Of a stretch of DNA of 64,000 nucleotides, positions 28,852-37,232 are shown piece by piece. Under the pieces are notes generated by a model, which was given only the letters and a program-made list of their open reading frames with translations, was not told where the DNA came from and ran no database searches. A program made the position numbers and the translations under genes. The stretch comes from Desulfobacterales bacterium (GTDB lineage: Bacteria > Desulfobacterota > Desulfobacteria > Desulfobacterales > UBA2174): the NCBI GenBank assembly GCA_963668645.2, contig CAXXWC010000021.1:864001-928000 (forward strand), given 5' to 3'. Position 1 is the stretch's first letter. Each line of letters starts with the position of its first letter.

Positions 28852-30815
28852 CTTGGGTTTGGGATTTGTAGGCAAAAAACACCTCCGAAATTCGGCTCTT
28901 CCCAAATTCGCACCCAATAAAAACAATTAGTTACAAAAAATCGAGCCGTTTTTTGAGCCCAAATGCTGTAGGCACACGAATTTGCGGTTTAGGCCTTGAC
29001 ATAAAATATTTCAAACGCTATGTGAGTAAGCATGTACCTGCGAACCACAAAGCGCACCAATAAGGACGGCTCAACGGTCGAATACTTCCAACTGGCCCAC
29101 AACGAGCGCGATCCCAAAACCCGCAAGCCGGTCGCCAAAATCATCCACAACTTCGGGCGCACCGATCAACTCGATCGCGCTCAACTTGTGCGCCTGTGCC
29201 GATCCATCGCACGGGTCTGCGGCCTGACCGTCACCGATCCGCTCGAAAACGACCAGGCGGTCTCGGCACTGGCTGACAGCCTCAAAATTCAAGAAACCCT
29301 CGCCTTCGGCTGCCCGCTGGTTATCGAAACCCTCTGGGAACAGTTGGGGCTTCGAAAGACCTTGGCCGACATCGTCAAGGCCAAAGGGGTCCGCATCAAC
29401 TACGAACGGGCCCTATTGGCCATGACCGCCAACCGGCTCTGTGAGCCTGAATCCAAGCTGGGCGTCTGGGATCGCTGGCTGTCCACGGTTTACCTGCCGT
29501 CATGCGACGGGCTGAAGCTCGATCACATGTACGAGGCCATGGATCTGCTTCACGAACATGCGGCCGAGATCGAAAAAAACGTCTTTTTTCATACCGCCAA
29601 CCTGTTCAACCTCACCGTGGATCTGATCTTCTACGACACCACCACGGCCTCGTTCCATGTCGACCAGGAAGATGACGGTGACCGGCACGCCAACGCCACA
29701 ATGCGCAAGTTTGGCCGCAACAAGGAAGGCACTTGGTCGCCCCAAGTCGTCGTGGCCCTGGCCGTGACTCGCGAAGGCATCCCGGTGCGCAGTTGGGTGC
29801 TGCCGGGCAACACGGCCGATGTGGCCACCGTCGAAAAGATCCGCACCGATCTGCGGGGCTGGAATCTGGGCCGGGCCCTGTTTGTCGCCGACGCGGGCAT
29901 GAATTCGCAGACCAACCGCGAAGAATTGGCCCGGGCATGCGGCAAGTACCTTCTGGCCTGCCGGATGGCCAGCGTGGCCGAAATCAAACGCGATGTGCTG
30001 AGCAAACGCGGCCGCTACACCGTCATCCGAGACAACCTGCACGCAAAAGAAGTCATCGTTGGCGACGGCGAAAGGCGCAAGCGCTACATCCTGTGCTACA
30101 ACCCCAAGGAAGCCAAACGCCAGCGGCTACACCGTGAAACGATCGTTCAGATGCTCGAAACCGAACTCGATCGGCACCCGGACCCATCGGCCACGGCTCA
30201 GTGGGCGATCGAGCTGTTGGCCTCGGCGCGCTTCAAGCGGTATCTGCGCATCACCAAGGGCAACCAGGTCCGAATCGACCGGGCGGCCATCAAGGCGGCG
30301 GCCAAGTACGATGGCAAATGGGTGGTGGAAACCAACGACGATACCATCAGCCTTGAAGACGCCGTCTGCGGGTACAAAGGGTTGATGGTCATCGAGCGCT
30401 GCTTTCGCTCGCTCAAGCGCACCCAGATCAAGATGATGCCGATGTACCACTGGGCCTCGCGGCGCATTGAGGCCCATGTGAAGATCTGTGTGCTGGCGCT
30501 GATGATCGAGCGGGTGGCCGAACTCGAATGCGGCCTGCCCTGGCACCGAATTCGCCGGTCGCTGGACAAGCTGCAAGTCACAAAACTTTTCAATTTAAAT
30601 TACCGTGTGCTTATGCGCAACGAGATCCCCGTGAAAACTGCCAACATACTGAAAGCGCTTAAAATCAAATCTCCGCAGCAGGTCCTTTCACTGGAAAATC
30701 GGCCCTAAAAAGGGGCGAAAATTGTAGACACACGCTGAATTTCATTCATCGCCACAGATGCGCGTCAGATAAGGGTTTGCTCCAATTCCGTGTTCCTACG
30801 TTTCCCAAACCCAAG
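28852..30815 (+). mobile_element. IS1634-family insertion sequence
   Basis: Terminal IR CTTGGGTTTGGGA / TCCCAAACCCAAG; 5-bp target duplication TAAAA (28847-28851, 30816-30820). Confidence 0.92.
29032..30708 (+). CDS. IS1634-family DDE transposase
   Basis: FYDTTT, PGNTADV, FVADAGM, YKGLMVIERCFRSLK, RIEAHVKIC. Confidence 0.93.
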   Translation: MYLRTTKRTNKDGSTVEYFQLAHNERDPKTRKPVAKIIHNFGRTDQLDRAQLVRLCRSIARVCGLTVTDPLENDQAVSALADSLKIQETLAFGCPLVIETLWEQLGLRKTLADIVKAKGVRINYERALLAMTANRLCEPESKLGVWDRWLSTVYLPSCDGLKLDHMYEAMDLLHEHAAEIEKNVFFHTANLFNLTVDLIFYDTTTASFHVDQEDDGDRHANATMRKFGRNKEGTWSPQVVVALAVTREGIPVRSWVLPGNTADVATVEKIRTDLRGWNLGRALFVADAGMNSQTNREELARACGKYLLACRMASVAEIKRDVLSKRGRYTVIRDNLHAKEVIVGDGERRKRYILCYNPKEAKRQRLHRETIVQMLETELDRHPDPSATAQWAIELLASARFKRYLRITKGNQVRIDRAAIKAAAKYDGKWVVETNDDTISLEDAVCGYKGLMVIERCFRSLKRTQIKMMPMYHWASRRIEAHVKICVLALMIERVAELECGLPWHRIRRSLDKLQVTKLFNLNYRVLMRNEIPVKTANILKALKIKSPQQVLSLENRP

Positions 30816-30834
30816 TAAAAAACCATGCTTTATT

Positions 30835-31283
30835 AACGATACCATCAGCCTGCACACAGCGGGAAGCGGCATCTTCGAGGAGGGCGTCCAGGCCGAATGG
30901 GACATACGGATCAAAGACCTGCCGGTAAAGTAAGTGCAAAACGATGGGCTTGGACTGCGCAGGGTGGCTCAAGCCGGTCTGAAATCCATGGTCAGTCGTT
31001 CGACACCGTCTTCGTGTTCGGCTTTCAGGTGCCCGCCTATCTTCCGCAAGACGCGGCGCATTTTATCGTTTTCGGGCAATATGTCCGCCGTAAAGCCTTT
31101 CAACTGCCTTTCTTTGGCCAGGCGGGCCAGGGTTTCGCAAAGAAAAGCGCCGATGCCCAGATCCTGGAACCCTTCATCGACCATGATCGACAACTCGGCA
31201 TAGGGCGTGCCAGGATCGATCTGGTCAAAACGCGCCTCTGCGATAATCCGGTCACAGTCACGATCATCAGGCAGCCCGATCAG
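30835..31283. repeat. ~450-bp direct repeat, copy B (partner 23111-23563)
   Basis: Direct sequence comparison with copy A. Confidence 0.92.
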
Positions 31284-32831
31284 CGACAGGGAATAGCGCA
31301 AATCGATGTTGACGTACTCTTGCATATCCGCGTGGAACATGGTCCTGACCGGGTAGAAAAAGCGGTACTGCACCGATTTTTGGGAAAGCCGGTAGAAAAA
31401 CTGGCGCATGCTTTCTTCATCGGAAGGTTTTAAGGGCCTGAAACGGACCCTGGTGGCTTTCTTGAACGTCTTATGGAATTCAGTGCCAACCGGATAAAGA
31501 TGCGCACTTTCGGCAAGAAAGATCTGATCCGGGTAAAGCAGCTTGCGCTTTTTGGCCTCGGCAACCAGGCCGGCCCGGTCGTCCGGGTGGGCGATATCAA
31601 TCAGGGCCTGGGCCCGTTCCCGTACCGAACGGCCTTTCATGTTGGCCGCGCCGTATTCGGTGACCACCGCCGTGACCGATTCCCACAAGCCGAACTGGTT
31701 GGGCCGATCACGCACCGAAATCAGGATGTTGGATCTTCCCTCGCGGTTGCGGCTGGTGAGCGCGAAGATGGCCCGGCCGCCTTCGGAAACCAGGGCTCCG
31801 TTGAAAAAATCCACCACCTCGCTCGGCCCCGAGCCCACGTTGCCTTTTCCGGTGTGAAGGGTGATGCGGCCGGAAAGATCTATCTCGCGGGCCGGCAGGA
31901 CGGCCACTGCCTTTGGGGTCCGGCTGATGTGGGTGGGATTGAAGACCTGATCGATACTGCGAAATTCCACCAGCGGGTTATGGTCCAGCCACTGCATCAG
32001 TTTGCGGGTGCCGATGGCGTAGGAGGTCAGGGATTTGCCCGGCGATACGCGGTTGTGGCGATTGGACACCGCACCGCAATTGACCAGATCCATCAGGTTG
32101 TCAAAGAAAAAAGGCGTGTGGATGCTCAGGTCTTTTTTCGATCGCAGATGATGGCTCAAGGACTCGTAAAGCGGGCCCGCCGAAAACCCGATACAGCTTC
32201 CGTCTTCTATGAGGGCGGCCACGTTGGCGCCGAGACGGTCATAGATCGCATCGAACTTCCAGCGCTCAAAATAGATCGGTGGTTCGGTGCTCTCAACGAT
32301 CATGTCGAATTTTGAAAAGGGAACGAAGGTATCCCCGAACGTCCAGGGGATCTGTGTGTTGACTTCGCCCACCACCAGGGTGGCCTGCTCGATGGCGGCA
32401 ATGGCCACATCCGCGCAGACCCCCAGGCTGCAAAAGCCCGCCTTGTTCGGCGGCGTGATCTGGACAAAGGCGGCGTCGATGGGGATCTGGCCGGACTTGA
32501 AGACCGCCGGGATCTGGTAATAGCGGCTGGGAATGAAGTCGGCGAACCCTTCGGAGACCGCTTCGCGCGCCTCCCAGCCGCTGAAAAAGGTCTTCAGGCG
32601 GTATTTGTTCGAATGCCGGGCCGAAACCTCGATGGCTTCTCCGAGGCTGACCAGTTGAAACAGCTCCAGATCCAGCAGGTTGCCGGCGTCCGAGGCTTTC
32701 AGATAGCGAACCAGGGTCAACGGCTCGGACACCCCGGTGCCGATGAAGATCCGCATCCCCGGCTTGATCCGCTCCATCACCTTGTCCGGGGTTGAGACCC
32801 GGTCTTTCCAAGTGGGACCGTTTTCCATCAT
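30969..32831 (-). CDS. Bifunctional acetyl-CoA hydrolase/transferase + GNAT acetyltransferase
   Basis: PGMRIFIG, QITPPNKAGFCSLG, VVTEYGAANMKGRSVRERAQALIDIAHPDDR, C-terminal GNAT FRPLKPSDE...FQDLGIG. Confidence 0.9.
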   Translation of the reverse strand: MMENGPTWKDRVSTPDKVMERIKPGMRIFIGTGVSEPLTLVRYLKASDAGNLLDLELFQLVSLGEAIEVSARHSNKYRLKTFFSGWEAREAVSEGFADFIPSRYYQIPAVFKSGQIPIDAAFVQITPPNKAGFCSLGVCADVAIAAIEQATLVVGEVNTQIPWTFGDTFVPFSKFDMIVESTEPPIYFERWKFDAIYDRLGANVAALIEDGSCIGFSAGPLYESLSHHLRSKKDLSIHTPFFFDNLMDLVNCGAVSNRHNRVSPGKSLTSYAIGTRKLMQWLDHNPLVEFRSIDQVFNPTHISRTPKAVAVLPAREIDLSGRITLHTGKGNVGSGPSEVVDFFNGALVSEGGRAIFALTSRNREGRSNILISVRDRPNQFGLWESVTAVVTEYGAANMKGRSVRERAQALIDIAHPDDRAGLVAEAKKRKLLYPDQIFLAESAHLYPVGTEFHKTFKKATRVRFRPLKPSDEESMRQFFYRLSQKSVQYRFFYPVRTMFHADMQEYVNIDLRYSLSLIGLPDDRDCDRIIAEARFDQIDPGTPYAELSIMVDEGFQDLGIGAFLCETLARLAKERQLKGFTADILPENDKMRRVLRKIGGHLKAEHEDGVERLTMDFRPA

Positions 32832-32870
32832 TGGCTCAATTTAGAGCTGGCAATCCGGTTGAGGCTTACA

Positions 32871-32969
32871 ATCGATCACGTTACCGACACCCGATGCTTT
32901 CAGATAGCGAACCGGCGTCAACGGCCCGCACACGCCGGCGCCGATAAAGATCCGCATCCCCGTCTTGAA
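32871..32969 (-). repeat. Diverged ~100-bp copy of the 5' part of the CoA-hydrolase/GNAT gene (~32668-32768)
   Basis: FKTGMRIFIGAGVCGPLTPVRYLKASGVGNVID vs IKPGMRIFIGTGVSEPLTLVRYLKASDAGNLLD. Confidence 0.8.
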
Positions 32970-32973
32970 CCCA

Positions 32974-34107
32974 TTATTTGATGACAACCAGCTCATAGTC
33001 TCGACTCCCCAGACCGATTTTCTCCGCATGATCCATACAGCTACGCCATTCGGTCTCGGGCCTGTTGTTGGTAAAGTGATCATGGTGGTCAACGAAATCC
33101 GGCTTTGCCATATTTTCAAAAAGCTGGCTTCCCGGAATCGGCTTGGCCTTCAGGCAGGCGTCCACACAGGCCTGATCCAGGGCCAATGGGTCAAAGGATG
33201 CAAACATGCCCAGATTCGGCAGAATGGGGACGTCGTTTTCCCCATGGCAGTCACAGTTGGGGGATACATCCACCACCAGGGAAATATGGAAGCACGGACG
33301 CCCGTCCACCACTGCCTTTGTATATTCCGCCATACGACGGTTCAGAAGCTCCACCGCGGCATCATTTTTAAACGATATGGCGTCGAAGTTGCACGAGCCC
33401 AGACAGCGGCCGCAGCCTACGCAATTTTCCTGATTAACGGTCATTTTTTTGTTTTCGGCGTCAAATTCCAGCCCCTGGTTGGCGCACTCCCGCTCGCAAG
33501 TTCGACAGCCCCGGCACCGTGATTTCTTGATCCGTGCCTTGCCGCTGCTGTGCTGATCCGCTTTTCCAGCACGGGAGCCGCACCCCATCCCGATATTTTT
33601 GATGACGCCGCCAAAACCGGTCATCTCGTGCCCCTTGAAATGGGTCAGGCTGATGAACACGTCCGCGTCCATGATGGTGCGCCCGATTCTGGCTTCCTTC
33701 ACATATTCCCCTCCGGCAACAGGTACCGCGATATCGTCAGTTCCTTTCAGTCCATCCCCGATCAGAACCGGACAGCCGACCGTCAGCGGGGTAAACCCGT
33801 TTTCCCAGGCACATTGAAGGTGCTCCAGGGCGTTTTTCCTGCTCCCGGGATACATGGTGTTGCAATCGGTCAAGAAAGGCTTTCCGCCCAGCTCCTTTAC
33901 CACGTCAGCCACGGCCTTGGCATAATTGGGGCGCAGATAGCTGATATTCCCCAGTTCACCAAAATGCATCTTGATGGCCGCGAACTTGCCGTCCATATCG
34001 ATCTGGCCGATACCGGCCTTTTTGATCAGCTTTTTCAGCTTGGTGGGCAGCCCGTCGCCGAATGCCACCGTGCGGAAATTCGTAAAGTAAACCTTGGCTT
34101 TTTTCAT
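32974..34107 (-). CDS. DUF362 domain protein with 2x[4Fe-4S] ferredoxin
   Basis: IKMHFGE, THFKGH, IKNIGMG, CRGCRTCEREC, CVGCGRCLGSC, SPNCDC. Confidence 0.9.
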   Translation of the reverse strand: MKKAKVYFTNFRTVAFGDGLPTKLKKLIKKAGIGQIDMDGKFAAIKMHFGELGNISYLRPNYAKAVADVVKELGGKPFLTDCNTMYPGSRKNALEHLQCAWENGFTPLTVGCPVLIGDGLKGTDDIAVPVAGGEYVKEARIGRTIMDADVFISLTHFKGHEMTGFGGVIKNIGMGCGSRAGKADQHSSGKARIKKSRCRGCRTCERECANQGLEFDAENKKMTVNQENCVGCGRCLGSCNFDAISFKNDAAVELLNRRMAEYTKAVVDGRPCFHISLVVDVSPNCDCHGENDVPILPNLGMFASFDPLALDQACVDACLKAKPIPGSQLFENMAKPDFVDHHDHFTNNRPETEWRSCMDHAEKIGLGSRDYELVVIK

Positions 34108-34323
34108 TTGTATCTATTCCTGATATCTTCGTGAAAGGATTGCCAATCATAAAGGTCCTGTTTTCCTGCTTTATATTCTCTATATCTTTTATCGAGTTCT
34201 TTTTTTGCCACTCCTGCATTGGCAGTTCTACATTGCCATGAGCAATTGAGTCCCACCCATCTTCAATCAGCAGTAATTTTTATGAAAGATTCAATTCGTC
34301 GATTTTTTTTCATCCGGCTGCAT
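34104..34323 (-). pseudogene. Addiction-module antitoxin (TIGR02574-like) remnant
   Basis: Across frameshifts reads IDELNLS*KLLLIEDGWDSIA...PMQEWQK/KELDKRYREYKAGK...DWQSFHEDIRNRYK*; stop overlaps the DUF362 ATG (ATGA). Confidence 0.7.
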
Positions 34324-34585
34324 GCTAATCCATTCTTGTCTGGATGATTATTTCCTATAAAAAATTCTCCTTAACCCACATTTTAATCACATTTTTGATG
34401 ACAAAAACCAAAATATAGAGAACGAATCTGTTTGTACCCGCCTATTCTTAAGTAGCATTTTATACCATTAGGAACCCTCTGGCAAGGGATGATTATATCT
34501 GCCAACCTTCTGTTTCAGAAGTCTTGATTTTTACACCTTATGAATGAAAAGTGTCAACGTCGAGCGGTCGAACGTTATATCGTCA

Positions 34586-34718
34586 GGATAGACGCCAGAG
34601 ACTAGGCTGGTCCTCGCTGGGGCTGGTCTGGTCATTTTCAAAGAGCATCTCAGTTGTAGCCGCTTTCAGCCGTTATCCTTCCAAAATCGTTGTTCTGATT
34701 ATTGCCGCCTCGAATAAT
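34586..34718 (+). repeat. ~130-bp repeat, copy 1 of a tyrosine-recombinase element end
   Basis: Aligns with 35780-35914 (GGATAG...GGTCTGGTCATTTTCAAA...CATCTC...CTGATTATTGC...ATAAT). Confidence 0.75.
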
Positions 34719-34817
34719 CCTTGATTATCGCGTTCGTGACAAAAATTTATATCAAAAGTTATCGTGAAGGTAAAATCCTTCAGAAGTATTAGAGTAATCG
34801 CAGGCCATTCATGAATT

Positions 34818-35336
34818 TCAATCATTTCTTTTATATGATTTAAACCGCGGAACCCAGCGAGGTACGGACCTTCGATACTGTATATACTTTATTCCAAATG
34901 TATTTTCCAAATGAGTTTCCTCTATGAGAACATGGACATGGAAAATGCCAAACATGATAATGGTATAAATGAAGATACCTTTAGATTGAAACAGCAACGT
35001 CTCGCCCGATAATACGAGTGTTCCAGCTATGTACAAAGGATTTCTCACAAATCTGTATAGCCCGGTAACCATAAGTTCTTTGGTTGGCGTGAAAGGTATC
35101 GGTGTTCCCTTGGCATATATTACAAAACTGACTGAACACCAAATATAGGAAACGCCCCCCAAGGAAATAAGCATCAAGCCAACAAGCTGAGGTACTCCAA
35201 TGTTCCACTCAATATCATTACCGGATGCGGACAGGATTTCATATGGTATCCAGATAATAAAAATTGGAACCAGGAAAAATATGAAAACCATGGTTCCAAG
35301 TAAAGATAAAATAGTTTCAGAAGTGCTCGTTTTCAT
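34818..35336 (-). CDS. Isoprenylcysteine carboxyl methyltransferase / PEMT family membrane protein
   Basis: KGTPIPFTPTKELMVTGLYRFVRNPLY, EETHL..TFG..Y.QYRRSVPRW; AT-rich. Confidence 0.85.
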   Translation of the reverse strand: MKTSTSETILSLLGTMVFIFFLVPIFIIWIPYEILSASGNDIEWNIGVPQLVGLMLISLGGVSYIWCSVSFVIYAKGTPIPFTPTKELMVTGLYRFVRNPLYIAGTLVLSGETLLFQSKGIFIYTIIMFGIFHVHVLIEETHLENTFGIKYIQYRRSVPRWVPRFKSYKRND

Positions 35337-35638
35337 ATAATCAGCCCGTTATTGCTTCCTGGGTATCGAAAACTACGAAAGATAATATTTCTTTTTAGAA
35401 TTTATGGTGAATCTCATATGTTGCAGTCGGTCTTTTCTTTGCCAATTTTTGACATATTGAGACAATCACCAGTCTGCTAAGGTTTCAGAGATCATCTTAT
35501 CCGCATGTCAAGGATACGTTCATAATCCTTCGGTAATCAGCCCCCCCACCAGCGTTGACGCATACTGATGATAATATTACCCTTAATGTGTTAGTGGCGC
35601 CGTGTCAAACGATTCCTCAACCCATACCCCAAGGAGGT

Positions 35639-35785
35639 GCAACCTATGCGTCACGCGCCGGAACTCCCCTGGAAATCGTCAGCAAGGTGATCCTCCGACA
35701 CTCGAATTTACAAACGACCCAGCGCTATCTGGGAAGGGTGAGCGACATCGAAGTGATGCGGTGGATCGACAGCATCCATGGATAG
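35639..35785 (+). pseudogene. Tyrosine recombinase C-terminal remnant
   Basis: ATYASRAGTPLEIVSKVILRHSNLQTTQRYLG keeps catalytic His and Tyr; upstream HxxR region absent. Confidence 0.8.
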
Positions 35786-35914
35786 AGCAACGGGGACCAG
35801 GCCGGTTCTCACTGGGTCCCGGTCTGGTCATTTTCAAAAATCATCTCGGCTGTAACTGCTAACAGTCGTTATTCTGAAAAAATCGGCGTGCTGATTATTG
35901 CAGCCTTGGATAAT
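35780..35914 (+). repeat. ~130-bp repeat, copy 2 of a tyrosine-recombinase element end
   Basis: Starts at the integrase last codon/stop; aligns with 34586-34718. Confidence 0.75.
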
Positions 35915-35918
35915 AAAG

Positions 35919-35979
35919 CATCAACGGGCTCTTCAGCGGGCGCGACTTCTTGCGATCCGGTGCAAGAGCATTGTTAAAA
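35919..35979 (-). other. Integron attC-like recombination site
   Basis: Minus strand TTTTAAC-AAT-GCTCTT(G)CA-C-CGG...CCG-C-TG-AAGAGC-CC-GTTGATG: AAC/GTT ends, paired arms, one extrahelical base; 20 bp after a gene stop. Confidence 0.65.
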
Positions 35980-35998
35980 CATCAGAATCAGAAGTGTG

Positions 35999-37066
35999 TC
36001 AGCTATACATACGTCTATGACCCATAGTACTTAGGTACAACTTTAGATCATCAGGAATCTGATGCTCCGCCTTCGTATTACACCACAACAGGTTAGGTGG
36101 ATGTGATGAATTGAACCAAATACCTCTGAATAGGATTCCGCTTAGATATTTCGCATGATCCAAAAATCCAGAGATCCCATTGAAGCCTTTTCTATGGAAA
36201 AAATCGTCATCCTTTTTCTTCATCAAAGAGTTAATGGATCGAATGGCACGTAACAGATCTTCTCTTTCATGGGTACTGCTTGTTGTGGAACATACAAGAA
36301 CGTTCATCATTCCTGGGACCATCTGGGTTAGCTTTTCAAAGATGGCATCAGAAAACTTATACCGTTCATTTTGGGTATAGAAGAGCGGTTCAACTGCCAT
36401 GTGATACGCTGTCAAACCTGTCTCCTTTCTCTGCTTTAACTTTGTTAAGTGCAGGATGAATTCTCTATCAATTCCTGGGATTGAGTGTTCGGAGGAAGAC
36501 CCACTGCGCAATACTGTGTCTTGCTCCCGTATCTTGCTTTCTATAAATTGTAGGATTTCCTGTTTCGTGGTTTCAATTTGTGTCAAAAAATCAATTGTCC
36601 CATCGACGTGCGTCATATCGAGACTGAAGCCAAGATTCGATGGAACCATGCTAATCCTGGCTACTACGTCCTTCATCCACTGATCAATCCGCTGCCCTAG
36701 ATGAGCTTGGCGGATACGCTTAACTTCTATATTGAACTCGATACGGTCATCAAACTTGACTGTAAAATCTGGTATACGGCGTATTGCATTTAATTGCTTC
36801 TCATACTCGACGTAAAATCTTTTATCCATCAAGAGAAAATAGGAAACTTCAAACTCAAATTTTACGTCTTCCAAATCTTCGAAATATTTTGCCGTAATGC
36901 ACTTTTTCCTTATTTTATCTTCATAACGATGAACAAATTCAGCAAACCTTTCTGAGCTATCGAGCCAATACCTCAATGCTGTTGAAATAGGATGATCTCG
37001 GCCCTCTGTCAAATACACGATTTGGTCAAATTGCATTGAGTTACAATGGTTATATGGTTTCTCCAT
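35999..37066 (-). CDS. Hypothetical protein, probable PD-(D/E)xK nuclease fold
   Basis: RIPDFTVKFDDRIEFNIEVKR (PD...ExK); AT-rich; ATG directly after GTT. Confidence 0.65.
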   Translation of the reverse strand: MEKPYNHCNSMQFDQIVYLTEGRDHPISTALRYWLDSSERFAEFVHRYEDKIRKKCITAKYFEDLEDVKFEFEVSYFLLMDKRFYVEYEKQLNAIRRIPDFTVKFDDRIEFNIEVKRIRQAHLGQRIDQWMKDVVARISMVPSNLGFSLDMTHVDGTIDFLTQIETTKQEILQFIESKIREQDTVLRSGSSSEHSIPGIDREFILHLTKLKQRKETGLTAYHMAVEPLFYTQNERYKFSDAIFEKLTQMVPGMMNVLVCSTTSSTHEREDLLRAIRSINSLMKKKDDDFFHRKGFNGISGFLDHAKYLSGILFRGIWFNSSHPPNLLWCNTKAEHQIPDDLKLYLSTMGHRRMYS

Positions 37067-37215
37067 AACGCCCTTTACACGCCATATCGTGGAATAAAAT
37101 CTTGGCGTTTATTCTGGTAAAAGCTCGATTATACTGAAGTCCTCCGACTGTTTTCGGTATTGAATTTTTCATACACTAATCTTTCATTTATCAAGGTACC
37201 CGAAACAGATCGTTA

Positions 37216-37232
37216 GGATAATAAAGCATCAA
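37216..37232. repeat. 17-bp direct repeat GGATAATAAAGCATCAA (partner 35908-35924)
   Basis: Exact match; the two copies bracket one gene plus its attC-like site. Confidence 0.8.

Noticed and set aside
30825..30835. ATGCTTTATTA as an inverted copy of the 17-bp att-like repeat at the start of repeat B
   Set aside because: Only 11 AT-rich bases, and they overlap the promoter-associated inverted repeat; cannot be told from chance.
23111..31283. Repeat pair as a diversity-generating retroelement TR/VR
   Set aside because: No reverse transcriptase in the window; mismatches are not confined to adenines and include indels; the repeat spans two gene ends.
37067..37133. Second attC site upstream of the nuclease-like gene
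   Set aside because: Some symmetry (ACGCCA/TGGCGT, CTTTAC/GTAAAAG), but the inner arms pair poorly and one core triplet is altered; too degenerate to call.
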